A stretch of 64,000 nucleotides of DNA from Gammaproteobacteria bacterium (GTDB lineage Bacteria; Pseudomonadota; Gammaproteobacteria; Tethybacterales; G965206325): positions 186,603-250,602 of the forward strand of contig OZ242208.1 in NCBI GenBank assembly GCA_965206325.1, in the 5' to 3' direction. The translations under genes were made by a program, and so were the position numbers. The notes beneath the pieces are model-generated. The model ran no database searches. It was not told the origin of the DNA and saw only the letters and a list, made by a program, of their open reading frames with translations. Positions 39,934-50,258 of the stretch are shown one piece after another (the first letter of the stretch is position 1; each line of letters opens with the position of its first letter).

Positions 39934-41391
39934 ATGAATTCGCCGAGCAATTTGCCGCCGATGGGGCTCTTCATCGGCAATCAGTGGGTGACTCCGCAAA
40001 GCGGAGAAACCATCGCCGCAATTGATCCGTCCGATGAATCCGTCATCGCCGAAGTCGCCAGCGGCGGCGAAGCGGAAATTGACGCCGCCGTCGCCGCCGC
40101 CAATCAAGCCATGCACGGCGAATGGAAAAAAACCTCGCCCGCCGACCGGGGGCGAATTCTGCGGAAAATTGGAGATTTAATCGCCGACCGCACCGACGCC
40201 CTCGCCGACATTGAAATGCGCGATTCGGGCAAGCCCCGCTCGGCGGCGAAAGCGGCAGTCAGCGGCTGCGTCCGCTACTTTGAATACTACGCCGGAGTCG
40301 CCGATAAAATTGAAGGCGCGACCATTCCCATCGGACCGGATTATTTGGATTTCACCATTCGCGAGCCGCTGGGCGTAACCGCCCACATTCTGCCGTGGAA
40401 TGTGCCGCTGAATATGCTGGTCAGGGGAGTCGCTCCGGCTTTGGCGGCGGGCTGCACCGCCGTCATCAAACCCGCCGAGCAGACGCCGCTGGGGGCTTTG
40501 CAATTCGCCGAAATTGCACTCGCCGCCGGACTGCCTGCCGGAGTCGTTAATATCGTCAATGGATTAGGCGAAACGGCGGGGGCGGCGTTGGCGTCGCACG
40601 AAGGCATCGGCGGAATTACCTTCACCGGCTCGGTAGAAACCGGACGGGCGGTAATGAAAGCCGCCGCCGAGCATATTAAGCCGGTCGTGCTGGAATTAGG
40701 CGGCAAATCGCCGCTGCTGGTTTTCGCCGACAGCGATTTGGATTTCGTCGCCGCCGAAGCGTGCAAGGGAATTTATTCCAACACCGGACAATACTGCGAC
40801 GCCGGGTCGCGTTTGGTCGTCAATCGCAAATGCCGAGACGCCCTCTTGGAAAAAATTGTAGCAAGGACGAAAAAAATCAAAATCGGCCCGGCAAAGGACG
40901 ATGTTGAAATGGGCCCGCTAATTTCCGCCGAGCAGCATCGTCGGGTTTTTTCCTACATTGCGGCGGGCAAAAGCGAAGGGGCGGAAATCGCCTGCGGCGG
41001 AAATCGTCCCGCTGAATTGGAGAAGGGGTATTTTGTGGAGCCGACGGTTTTCTCCGAAGTTTCCCCGCAAATGAAAATCGCCCGCGAAGAAATTTTCGGC
41101 CCCGTCCTTTCGGTGATTGCGTTTGACGACGAAGAAGAAGCCCTTGAAATCGCCAACGCGACTCCCTACGGACTCGCCGCCGGAATTTTCACGCGCGACA
41201 TTGACCGGGCATTGCGGCTTGCGACCGAAATTGCGGCGGGGACAATTTACATTAACGAATACTTTGGCGGCGATGTTTCGCTGCCCTTCGGCGGCTACAA
41301 GCAGAGCGGAATCGGACGCGAAAAAGGACTCGCCACTATTGCGAATTACACGCAAATTAAAAATATCCTGATTCGCGTGCGGGGAAAATAA
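39934..41391 (+). CDS. Aldehyde dehydrogenase
   Basis: PWN, FTGS, LELGGKSP, catalytic GQYC, EEIFGPV, FGGYKQSGIGREKG. Confidence 0.95.
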   Translation: MNSPSNLPPMGLFIGNQWVTPQSGETIAAIDPSDESVIAEVASGGEAEIDAAVAAANQAMHGEWKKTSPADRGRILRKIGDLIADRTDALADIEMRDSGKPRSAAKAAVSGCVRYFEYYAGVADKIEGATIPIGPDYLDFTIREPLGVTAHILPWNVPLNMLVRGVAPALAAGCTAVIKPAEQTPLGALQFAEIALAAGLPAGVVNIVNGLGETAGAALASHEGIGGITFTGSVETGRAVMKAAAEHIKPVVLELGGKSPLLVFADSDLDFVAAEACKGIYSNTGQYCDAGSRLVVNRKCRDALLEKIVARTKKIKIGPAKDDVEMGPLISAEQHRRVFSYIAAGKSEGAEIACGGNRPAELEKGYFVEPTVFSEVSPQMKIAREEIFGPVLSVIAFDDEEEALEIANATPYGLAAGIFTRDIDRALRLATEIAAGTIYINEYFGGDVSLPFGGYKQSGIGREKGLATIANYTQIKNILIRVRGK

Positions 41392-41418
41392 AGGCGAAAA
41401 AATCCGGATTCGCCGACA

Positions 41419-42600
41419 ATGCAAATCGCCGACGCCGAAATTTTCATCGTTGGAAATCCGCCGCCCGGATTCGGCGGGCGGTATTTTATTTTCGTCAAAT
41501 TAACGACCGACGGCGGCGTCTGCGGATTCGGCGAAGCATATGGCATTCCTTTTCATCCGTCGGCGGCGAAGGCGATGCTGGAGGATTTTTGCGGACGGAA
41601 TGTCATCGGCTGCGACCCCTTTCAAATTGAACGGCTGCTGCGAATCGGCTATGCCGACAATTACGCCGGCCGTCCGGATTTGTCGCTGGCGGCGGCTATT
41701 TCGGCGGCGGAAACGGCATGCTGGGACATCATCGGCAAAGAATTAAACAAGCCGATTTATGCATTGCTGGGCGGGAAAATTCGCGAAAAATTGCGCGGCT
41801 ACACTTATTTGTATCCGACGGAAAATTTGCCGAATGTTTACGGCGACCCGCATCAGGCGGCGGAAAAAGCGGCGGAATGCGTCAAGCGGGGATTTACCGC
41901 CGTCAAGTTTGATCCGGTCGGACCTTACACGGCGTTTGACCCCCGCCAATTGTCTTTGGAATCGCTTTTGCGTGCGGAAGAATTTGCGAAGTTGATTCGG
42001 GAGGCGGTCGGCGGAAAATGCGATTTGCTCATCGGCACGCACGGACAAATGACTCCGGCAAGTGCGATTCGGCTTGCGCGTCGGCTGGAAAAATTTGATC
42101 CGCTGTGGCTGGAAGAGCCGACGCCGCCGGATAATCCGCAAGCGATGGCGAAAGTCGCCCATGCGACATCCATTCCCATTGCGGCGGGCGAACGATTAGC
42201 GATGAAAAGCGAATTCGCCTCGCTGCTGAATTGCGATGCGGCGGCGATTTTGCAGATGAATTTGGGGCGGGTCGGCGGAATTCTGGAGGGCAAAAAAATC
42301 GCCGCCCTTGCGGAATCGCATCATGCTCAAATTGCCCCGCATCTTTACAACGGCCCAATTGCCGGAGCGGCGGCCATTCAACTCGCCGCCTGTTCGCCCA
42401 ATTTTTTAATTCAGGAGGGAATTGAAGAATGGGGGGGATTTCACGCCGACCTATTAAAATCGGCGATTCGCTTTGAAGACGGCTATATTATTCCGCCGAC
42501 GGCACCCGGACTCGGCGTTGAATTGAACGAAAAAATCGCCTTGGCGAATCCCTACGACGGCGATGAACTCCATCTGCAGCCGCACAAAGAGCCGCTGTAA
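41419..42600 (+). CDS. Mandelate racemase / muconate lactonizing enzyme family protein
   Basis: SAAETACWDI.GK, VKFDP, WLEEP, AAGERL, IAPH, IQEG. Confidence 0.9.
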   Translation: MQIADAEIFIVGNPPPGFGGRYFIFVKLTTDGGVCGFGEAYGIPFHPSAAKAMLEDFCGRNVIGCDPFQIERLLRIGYADNYAGRPDLSLAAAISAAETACWDIIGKELNKPIYALLGGKIREKLRGYTYLYPTENLPNVYGDPHQAAEKAAECVKRGFTAVKFDPVGPYTAFDPRQLSLESLLRAEEFAKLIREAVGGKCDLLIGTHGQMTPASAIRLARRLEKFDPLWLEEPTPPDNPQAMAKVAHATSIPIAAGERLAMKSEFASLLNCDAAAILQMNLGRVGGILEGKKIAALAESHHAQIAPHLYNGPIAGAAAIQLAACSPNFLIQEGIEEWGGFHADLLKSAIRFEDGYIIPPTAPGLGVELNEKIALANPYDGDELHLQPHKEPL

Positions 42601-42632
42601 AAATCCGTATAATGCGCGCGCGGGAAAATTCA

Positions 42633-43538
42633 ATGTCAAGCGACGAAGCGCAAAAATTCACACGGCGAGCCGGAATTTTTCTAATGATAATTTCCGCGGC
42701 CGTTTTCAGCACGGCGGGACTCTTTACCAAAGGCGTAGAAGCGGACGCATGGTCGGTGATATTTTGGCGCGGCTTGTTTGCGGCGTTATTTACGGCATGC
42801 TATTCGGCGTCAAGGAAAACGCTGGACGCGGAATTCGCCGGAATGGGGCGCGCGAGCTGGGTCGTGGCAATTTTGTCCGCATCGGGAACCGCCGCGTTTA
42901 TTCCCGCTTTTAAGTTAACGACAATTGCAAATGTCGCGCTTATTTATGCGGCGGCGCCTTTTATCGCCGGGGGAATCGCGTGGCTTTGGTTCCGCGAAAA
43001 GCCGACGACAGCCGTGATGATTGCCGCTTTGGGCGCGATGTTCGGCGTTGCGCTGATTGTCGGCGGCTCCATCGGCGGGCTGCATTTGAGCGGAGACCTC
43101 CTCGCGCTTTGGATGACTTTGATGATGTCTGCGGTAATGGTGGTTTATCGCCGTTATCCGCAGACGCCCGCCGCCGGCCCGGCGGCGATGTCGTCGATTT
43201 TTCTGCTGCCGCCAGCGATGCTGCTCGGCGAGCCGTTTTCCGCCCCGATCCACGAAATATTAATTATGTGCGCTTTCGGATTGGTGTTTGCAGTGGCATC
43301 CGTGACTTTGTCGGAAGGCGCGCGCCGCCTGCCGCCGGGAGAAGCGGCATTGATTAGTTCGCTGGAAACACCGCTCGCGCCAATATGGGCGTGGTTTATT
43401 TTTTCCGAATTGCCCGCGCCGCTAACCGTCATCGGCGGAAGCATAATTCTGGCGGCGGTTTTCGGCTCGCAACTTGCAGGCGGAAAAATGCGGAAAAATG
43501 CCCGCATGAGGATTGCAATCCAAAAATTGCGCGATTGA
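42633..43538 (+). CDS. DMT/EamA family permease
   Basis: ~10 TM helices; LETPLAPIWAW..F.E.P. Confidence 0.9.
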   Translation: MSSDEAQKFTRRAGIFLMIISAAVFSTAGLFTKGVEADAWSVIFWRGLFAALFTACYSASRKTLDAEFAGMGRASWVVAILSASGTAAFIPAFKLTTIANVALIYAAAPFIAGGIAWLWFREKPTTAVMIAALGAMFGVALIVGGSIGGLHLSGDLLALWMTLMMSAVMVVYRRYPQTPAAGPAAMSSIFLLPPAMLLGEPFSAPIHEILIMCAFGLVFAVASVTLSEGARRLPPGEAALISSLETPLAPIWAWFIFSELPAPLTVIGGSIILAAVFGSQLAGGKMRKNARMRIAIQKLRD

Positions 43539-43588
43539 AAAAAGTGTGGTAGAATTCGGCTTTGCTTTTCACGAATGGAGAAAAACCT

Positions 43589-45229
43589 ATGAACAAACGC
43601 GACTGGAAAGGGCTGAAGGAAATTCACCCGCACATCCCGGAAATTGTCAATTACTTTGACAAAGGCGAAATCTCGCGCCGGGAGTTTTTGAAATCGGCGA
43701 GTGCGCTCGGCATGTCGGCGGGGCTCGTTTATGCCATCGGCGGAATGACGACGGCCGCTTCCGCCCGGGCGGCGACGCGCGGCGGCACGATGCGGATGGG
43801 AATGAAATTGCAGGAACTCAAAGATCCGCAAAATTTCGAGTGGATTGAATCCTCCGATGTTTCGCGCGGCATCTGCGAATACCTGACGCATTACACCGAC
43901 GACGCCGTGGTTAAGGGCTATCTGGCCGAATCGTGGAAAGTGTCGGACGACGCTAAAACCTTTGACTTGTTCCTGCGAAAAGGCATCAAGTGGTCCAACG
44001 GCGACGAATTCAACGCCGACGATGTCATCCACAATTTTGAGCGGTGGCGCAAGCCGGATAACGAATCCATCAACGCCAGCGAATGGGGCGACAGCACTCT
44101 GTCGGGCGTGGAAAAAGTCAACGCTTATCAAGTGCGACTGCATTTGGTGCAGCCGGATGTTTCGGTGGCGCATCGTCTCTACGCTTATCCGACGCAGATT
44201 GTGCATCGCTCGTTTGACGACACCGGGGCGGATTTGGTGAAGAATTCCATCGGCACCGGACCGTTCTCGCTGGAATCTTTTCAGGTCGGCGAAGGCGCGG
44301 TTTTGAAGCGCAAAAACGGCTACTGGGGCGGACCCGACGGACTCGGCGACGCCTATCTGGATGCCGTTCAATTCGTGGATCTGGGCGAGGACGAGCAGGC
44401 AAGCATTTCGGCTCTGGCCTCCAAGCAAGTGGACTGGATTTACAAACTCAGCCCCAAGCAATTGGACATTCTCGCCAAGATGCCGCATGTGCAGCTGCTG
44501 CAAATCGCCACCGCACAAACACCGGTGATTCGCTTCAACATTGAGTCGGCGGAATCCAAGGACATCAATCTGCGGCGGGCGATTATTTCTGCGGCTGCCA
44601 ACGAGGAAATTCTGCAGGTCGCTTATCGGGGATTGGGAGCGGCCGCGGAAAATCATCACACGGCTCCTTTCCAGCCGGACTACTACAATCTGGGCAATCC
44701 GCCCAAGCAGGATTTGGCGAAAGCGCGCGAATACATCCAAGCCGCCGGAATGGAAGGCAAGGAAATTGTGCTGACTCTCGGCAACACCCAAGGCACCTAC
44801 GAACAGGATGTCGCCCAAATTCTGCAAGACCAGTGCAAGCAGGCGGGCATCAATATCAAATTGAATGTCCTGCCGGCTTCGCAATACTGGGAGCAGTGGG
44901 ACAGCGGGCCGTTTTCGCTGACATTTTGGACGCATCGTCCGCTGGCGGTGATGCTGCATAAACTTGCGTATCGCTCGGATGCCAAGTGGAACGAGACGGC
45001 TTTCCACAACGCCGAATACGATTCCGCTTTGGATGCCGCCATCGGCTCGCCGGATCCGAAAGAAGCCAGCAATTACATGAAAACCTGCGAGCAATTGCTG
45101 GTGGATAACGCCGTGATGCTGCAGTCCTTCTGGATTAACAACACGACCGGCGGCGACAAGAAAGTCCAAAACTTCCCGGTGCATCAGCAGGATTACTATC
45201 CGATGCATCGCGTCTGGATGGAAGCGTAA
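43589..45229 (+). CDS. Family 5 (peptide-type) ABC substrate-binding protein, Tat signal
   Basis: SRREFLK Tat motif; LAESW.VS.D...F.L.LRKG.KW.NG..F.ADDV, GTGPF; TTGCGC-17-TAGAAT promoter upstream. Confidence 0.92.
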   Translation: MNKRDWKGLKEIHPHIPEIVNYFDKGEISRREFLKSASALGMSAGLVYAIGGMTTAASARAATRGGTMRMGMKLQELKDPQNFEWIESSDVSRGICEYLTHYTDDAVVKGYLAESWKVSDDAKTFDLFLRKGIKWSNGDEFNADDVIHNFERWRKPDNESINASEWGDSTLSGVEKVNAYQVRLHLVQPDVSVAHRLYAYPTQIVHRSFDDTGADLVKNSIGTGPFSLESFQVGEGAVLKRKNGYWGGPDGLGDAYLDAVQFVDLGEDEQASISALASKQVDWIYKLSPKQLDILAKMPHVQLLQIATAQTPVIRFNIESAESKDINLRRAIISAAANEEILQVAYRGLGAAAENHHTAPFQPDYYNLGNPPKQDLAKAREYIQAAGMEGKEIVLTLGNTQGTYEQDVAQILQDQCKQAGINIKLNVLPASQYWEQWDSGPFSLTFWTHRPLAVMLHKLAYRSDAKWNETAFHNAEYDSALDAAIGSPDPKEASNYMKTCEQLLVDNAVMLQSFWINNTTGGDKKVQNFPVHQQDYYPMHRVWMEA

Positions 45230-45241
45230 CCTTTTTCCGGA

Positions 45242-45278
45242 CGGCGGCGGGTTTTTCTTACACTTTTCCCCGCCGCCG
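45242..45278 (+). promoter_or_regulatory. Stem-loop after the binding-protein gene (mRNA stabiliser or attenuator)
   Basis: CGGCGGCGGG (45242-45251) pairs with CCCGCCGCCG (45269-45278). Confidence 0.5.
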
Positions 45279-45313
45279 CTTTCGGGATTTATTCCTGATC
45301 GGAAGATTCGCGG

Positions 45314-46297
45314 ATGGTTCAATTACTTTTTCGCCGCTTTCTGCTGATGCTGGCGACGATGGCAGTGCTGTCCGCCATTGTTTTCGTGGCGGTGGAATTT
45401 GACCCCGAACGCGTCGCCGCCAACGCCATCGCGCAGGCGTCGGAAGACCAAAAAATCGGCTGGCTCAAAAGCAACGGCTATTTGGTTCTGACCGACAACG
45501 GCGAAATTTTTCGCAATGCCGACGGCAATGTGAAATTTGTTTCGGTCTTCGTCCGCTACGGCAAATGGATCGGCAATTTTGTGCGGGGAAATTTTGGCGA
45601 TTCATCCCGATTCAAAGTGCCGGTCGCCGATATTTTATGGCCTCGTCTCGGCAACACCGGAATTTTGGCGGGACTCGTAATGCTGATTATGGTGCCGCTC
45701 GCTTTGCTACTCGGCGTGCTGGCGGGCGTTAACGAGGGCTCTTTTCGCGACCGCCTGCTTTCGGTCGTGGCGATTATTTCCACTTCCATACCTGAATTTG
45801 CCGGGGCGGTGATTGTCGTCGCCATATTTGTTTTCTGGCTGGACATTCTGCCCGGAATTTCCACAATGACCGACGGCTTTGATTGGCGTCAGATGGTTTT
45901 GCCGGTGATGGTTTTAGTGCTTTACGGCACCGGCTACATCGCCCGAATTACCCGCGCCTCCATGGCGGAAGTGATGAACGCCCATTTTATTCGCACCGCC
46001 ATTTTGAAGGGAATTCCGCGCGATAAAGTCATTACCCGCCACGCCCTGCGAAACGCCTTAATTACGCCGGTGACGGTGATTATGCTGCAATTCCCATGGC
46101 TGCTTTCCGGCGTGATTGTAGTGGAATTCGCCTTTGCCTACAAGGGATTCGGCTCGCTGCTTTTGGATGCCGCTAAATTCCGCGACAGCAATGTCATTGA
46201 AGCATGCGCGATGGTGACGGTCATTGTCGTCGTCGTTACGCAGGTGATTGCAGACATTATCTACACTTACTTAAATCCGAGGATTCGCTTTCAATGA
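45314..46297 (+). CDS. DppB-like ABC permease
   Basis: G.FG.S, RITRASM.EV....FIRTA.LKG, HALRNAL. Confidence 0.92.
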   Translation: MVQLLFRRFLLMLATMAVLSAIVFVAVEFDPERVAANAIAQASEDQKIGWLKSNGYLVLTDNGEIFRNADGNVKFVSVFVRYGKWIGNFVRGNFGDSSRFKVPVADILWPRLGNTGILAGLVMLIMVPLALLLGVLAGVNEGSFRDRLLSVVAIISTSIPEFAGAVIVVAIFVFWLDILPGISTMTDGFDWRQMVLPVMVLVLYGTGYIARITRASMAEVMNAHFIRTAILKGIPRDKVITRHALRNALITPVTVIMLQFPWLLSGVIVVEFAFAYKGFGSLLLDAAKFRDSNVIEACAMVTVIVVVVTQVIADIIYTYLNPRIRFQ

Positions 46298-47493
46298 GCA
46301 TAATTAGCCAAGACACGCAGCGGCTGTTTCTTTACGACGCCCATAAAAAAAGCGAATTGTCCGCTTTTATTTTGCTCGCCAGCATGGGCTGGCTGGGCGC
46401 GCATCGCTTTTATCTGGGCAAAAAAACTTCCGCGCTGGTGATGGTTTTTATCACGCTGGTCGGACTCATCGCCCACGCCAACGACGCCGACGCGATTTTC
46501 GGCACCGCCGCCATTACTATCGCCGTCTGGCTGCTGATTGACATTACGATGATTCCGGCGGCAATTCGGCGGCACAACGATGTGCTGGGAGTCAATCTGC
46601 GGCAGCACGACTTAAAGCGCGCCTTAGCGACGGCGTCCGACCCTTCCATCGGCGGACGATTTGTGCGGTCGGCGCAACTTCTGCCCGAATCGACGGTGGG
46701 CATGGTCGGCGTTGGAATCTGCCTGTTTTGGATTCTGGTCGCGCTTCTTGCTCCGTTGCTCGCGCCGCTGGATCCGCTGGAATCCATTGAGCCGCTCGCT
46801 CTGCCGGGGACGGAAACTGAAAAAGGCACGCTGTGGCTCGGCGCGGATTTTTTGGGGCGGGATGTTTTATCGCGAATTATCCACGGCTCCCGCACTGTTT
46901 TAATTTGGGCGCCGCTGGCGACCGCCGCCGCATACGCCGTCGGAATTGTCTTGGGACTCACCGGCGGCTATTTCGGCGGACGAGTGGACGATTTAATTTC
47001 CTTTCTCGCTAATTTGATTTTATCGTTTCCGGTGCTGGTGATTTTCATTCTGCTCATTTCCTTTTTGGGCGGAACTTCGGGGGCGACGATTGTCATCGCC
47101 GTTACTTTCGCATCCGCCCCGGCGATTTTTCGCATTGTGCGGGGAGAAGTTTTATCCATTCGCAACCGCGATTTTATCGCCGCCGCCAAAACTCGGGGCG
47201 AAAGCGTGCTGTATATTTTATTTTCGGAAATTCTGCCCAACGCCAAAAATCCGCTGATTGTGGACGCCTGCCTGCGGATGGGCTACACGACAATCACCAT
47301 CGGAATTTTAGGATTTCTCGGCTTGGGCTTTCCGCCGCCGAATCCGGATTGGGGCGGAATGATTAATGAAAATCGGGCGATGGCATTGATTTTTCCGCAC
47401 ATGACGGTTTTTCCCTGTCTGGCGATTTCATCTTTTGTGCTGGGGCTGAATTTGCTCGCCGACGGCATCCGCGAAATTTCGCAGCGGCAATAA
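46294..47493 (+). CDS. DppC-like ABC permease with an N-terminal TM2 domain
   Basis: N-terminal KKSELSAFILLASMGWLGAHRFYLGK; then LGADFLGRDVLSRII.G, FIAAAKTRGE, EILPN, LGFLGLG..PP.PDWG. Confidence 0.88.
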   Translation: MSIISQDTQRLFLYDAHKKSELSAFILLASMGWLGAHRFYLGKKTSALVMVFITLVGLIAHANDADAIFGTAAITIAVWLLIDITMIPAAIRRHNDVLGVNLRQHDLKRALATASDPSIGGRFVRSAQLLPESTVGMVGVGICLFWILVALLAPLLAPLDPLESIEPLALPGTETEKGTLWLGADFLGRDVLSRIIHGSRTVLIWAPLATAAAYAVGIVLGLTGGYFGGRVDDLISFLANLILSFPVLVIFILLISFLGGTSGATIVIAVTFASAPAIFRIVRGEVLSIRNRDFIAAAKTRGESVLYILFSEILPNAKNPLIVDACLRMGYTTITIGILGFLGLGFPPPNPDWGGMINENRAMALIFPHMTVFPCLAISSFVLGLNLLADGIREISQRQ

Positions 47494-48149
47494 TGACGGC
47501 AACGGCGGCGGAAGCGGCGGAAAAAACCGAAGGCGCGATTGCAGTCATTTCGCGCCACTTTGAATCCTGCTTGAAATGCGGCGGCACCGGCGAAACCGTC
47601 TGCAAATCCTGCAAAGGCAAAGGACGCATTAAGCAGAGTCATTCCGGACGCTGCGGCGACTGCTCCGGCATGGGCGGAATTCGCTGCTCTTCCTGCGGCG
47701 GCGCGCGCGGATACAAGGTTTATCATCTGCCGGAAGCATTTATGAATTTGCCGCAGGACGAAGCGGCGAAAACGGCGGAAACCTCAAGGCGACTCGGCTT
47801 GATGCAAAATCGCATTGTGGATTCGCTCGGCAGTGCGGAAGTAATAAGCTGCACCCCGAACGAAGGCAAAATCGGACTCGCCGGGGGCTCTCTGCGCATT
47901 CAAAAAGAAAGCGGCGGCGCCGCCGGAGGATTTTATCGTCCGGACGAAGGCGAGCCGGGGGCGAATATGCAGGCGGCGATGATTAAACTGCATCCCGGAA
48001 TGCATCTGCGATTCATCGGGCGATTGCGCGAATTTCAGCATTCGCCGACGGCTTTGAACTCTATCTTTCCTGCTACCGTCTTTTTCTCGAAGCGGCGGAA
48101 GCCGCCGATACAACCGGAGAATCACAATGAAACCGAACAGCGGCAATGA
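47493..48149 (+). CDS. Hypothetical protein with four CxxCxGxG (DnaJ/CR-type) zinc-finger motifs
   Basis: CLKCGGTG, CKSCKGKG, CGDCSGMG, CSSCGGAR; TAATG overlap with dppC. Confidence 0.7.
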   Translation: MTATAAEAAEKTEGAIAVISRHFESCLKCGGTGETVCKSCKGKGRIKQSHSGRCGDCSGMGGIRCSSCGGARGYKVYHLPEAFMNLPQDEAAKTAETSRRLGLMQNRIVDSLGSAEVISCTPNEGKIGLAGGSLRIQKESGGAAGGFYRPDEGEPGANMQAAMIKLHPGMHLRFIGRLREFQHSPTALNSIFPATVFFSKRRKPPIQPENHNETEQRQ

Positions 48150-50238
48150 GCCGATTCTGGATATTCGCCGCCTTAACATTTCCTACTACACCCGCAAGGG
48201 CGAAGTGCCCGCGGTGGTGGATTTTAATTTAACGCTGGCGCCCGGCGAAACCGTCGGCATCGTCGGCGAATCCGGCTGCGGCAAATCCACCGTGGCGATG
48301 GCGATTATGCAGCATCTCGGCAAAAACGGCGGCATCGTCGGCGGCTCCATTAAATTCAAAGGCCGCGATATGACGCTGATGACGCCCGAAGAATTGCGGC
48401 AATTGCGCGGCTCCCAAATCGCCATGATTTATCAGGAGCCGTTTGCGGCGTTGAATCCCTGCATGACCGTCGGCGAACAATTAATGGAAGTGCCGATTTA
48501 CCACGATTCGGCAACATCCGACCAAGCCCACCAGCGGGCGAAAGAAATGCTGACTTATGTCCGCCTGCCCGACGCCGAACGCTATATGACTTGCTTTCCG
48601 CACCAATTATCCGGCGGACAGCAGCAGCGAATTGTCATTGCGATGGCGCTCCTTTCCAATCCGGCATTGCTCCTTCTGGACGAGCCGACAACCGCCCTCG
48701 ATGTTACCGTGGAAGCCGCCATCGTGGATTTGATTAAAGGAATCGGCAAGGAAATTGGCACGGCGATGATTTACATTTCCCACAATATGGGTCTCATCCT
48801 TAAAACATGCCAGCGGGTCTGCGTGATGTATTCCGGACAATTGGCGGAAGAAGGCAGCACGCAGCAAATTTTCCGCGAATCCCGCCATCCGTACACGCGC
48901 GGACTTTTCGGCTGCATTCCTAATTTGGCGGCGGACAAAAATACCCGTCCGCTGGCTCCGATTCGCGGGCAATTGCCGCTTGCATCCGAGCGTCCGCCCG
49001 GCTGCGTTTTCGGCCCGCGCTGCGATTTCTTTGAAAAAGACCGATGCGACAAAGGATTAATTCCCATTTCCGGAGATGATTCCGGCCACGCCGTCCGCTG
49101 CGTTAAATGGAAAGAAATTGATTGGGACAGCTATTCGCCGGAAATGCGCGAATCCCAAGCGGCGACGGAAATCGGCGACAAAGTGCTGAAAGTTTCATCT
49201 TTGCAAAAGCACTACGAATTGCCGGATCAATCTCTCTTCGGCTGGGCTAAGCCGGGCGATCGCAAGCGAGTCAAAGCCGTGCAGGAATTAAATTTTGAAG
49301 CACGCGAGCGGGAAACAGTCGCCATCGTCGGCGAATCCGGCTGCGGCAAATCTACTTTCGCTAAATTGCTGATGGGCTTGGAAGGCACCACCGGCGGCAA
49401 AATTGAAATGGGCGACGATAAACTTTCCGCCATTCCAGTGGAGCAACGCAGCGAGCGGCAAATCGGCGACCTGCAGATGGTCTTTCAAAATCCCAACGAC
49501 ACGCTGAATCCGGTTAAAACTATCGGCTCGCAGATTGCCCGCTCCATTCGCAAACTCGGCGTTACCGACTACGCCGAAGTGGAAAAGAAAGTGGAGCAAT
49601 TGCTTGACCTTGTTAAACTTCCGCGCAGTTATAAAAACTTGAAGCCGTCGCAATTGTCGGGCGGACAAAAGCAGCGAATCGGAATCGCCCGCGCCTTCGC
49701 CGGCAAGGCGTCGCTGGTTGTCGCCGACGAGCCGGTCTCCGCTTTGGATGTTTCGGTGCAGGCGGCGGTAATTGATTTGCTGCTGGAAATTCAAGCCCGC
49801 CACGACACGACGCTGCTTTTTATCAGCCATGATTTGTCGCTGGTTCGCTACCTTGCCGACCGCATTATCGTTATGTATTTGGGGCGCGTGATGGAGCAGG
49901 GAGCAACCGATAAAGTTTTTTCGCCGCCCTATCATCCCTACACCGAAGCATTGCTGTCGGCGGTTCCGATTGCCGACCCCAATGTGGAAAAGGAAGAAAT
50001 TGTCTTGGAGGGCGAACTCCCAAGCCCGACGAATCCGCCTAAGGGCTGTCCGTTTTCCACTCGCTGCCCGCGAAAAGTCGGACAAATCTGCGACGACGAA
50101 TTGCCCCCCAAACACGACTTCGGCGACGGCCACGAAATTTACTGTCACATTCCGATGGCGGAATTGCAAGATATGCGTCCGGTCTTCCGCATGAAAGTAG
50201 AAGCCGAATCCGCCCCGCAAGAATCGGCGACTGTTTGA
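48127..50238 (+). CDS. Fused DppD/DppF ABC ATP-binding protein
   Basis: Two GESGCGKST Walker A motifs, two LSGGQ signatures, two Cys-rich oligo_HPY tails. Confidence 0.95.
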   Translation: MKPNSGNEPILDIRRLNISYYTRKGEVPAVVDFNLTLAPGETVGIVGESGCGKSTVAMAIMQHLGKNGGIVGGSIKFKGRDMTLMTPEELRQLRGSQIAMIYQEPFAALNPCMTVGEQLMEVPIYHDSATSDQAHQRAKEMLTYVRLPDAERYMTCFPHQLSGGQQQRIVIAMALLSNPALLLLDEPTTALDVTVEAAIVDLIKGIGKEIGTAMIYISHNMGLILKTCQRVCVMYSGQLAEEGSTQQIFRESRHPYTRGLFGCIPNLAADKNTRPLAPIRGQLPLASERPPGCVFGPRCDFFEKDRCDKGLIPISGDDSGHAVRCVKWKEIDWDSYSPEMRESQAATEIGDKVLKVSSLQKHYELPDQSLFGWAKPGDRKRVKAVQELNFEARERETVAIVGESGCGKSTFAKLLMGLEGTTGGKIEMGDDKLSAIPVEQRSERQIGDLQMVFQNPNDTLNPVKTIGSQIARSIRKLGVTDYAEVEKKVEQLLDLVKLPRSYKNLKPSQLSGGQKQRIGIARAFAGKASLVVADEPVSALDVSVQAAVIDLLLEIQARHDTTLLFISHDLSLVRYLADRIIVMYLGRVMEQGATDKVFSPPYHPYTEALLSAVPIADPNVEKEEIVLEGELPSPTNPPKGCPFSTRCPRKVGQICDDELPPKHDFGDGHEIYCHIPMAELQDMRPVFRMKVEAESAPQESATV

Positions 50239-50258
50239 TTCCAACCAACGGAGGAAAA

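Noticed and set aside
43154-45322. 722-aa antisense ORF opposite the ABC binding protein
   Set aside because: Typical antisense shadow of a strongly codon-biased gene; no recognisable motifs
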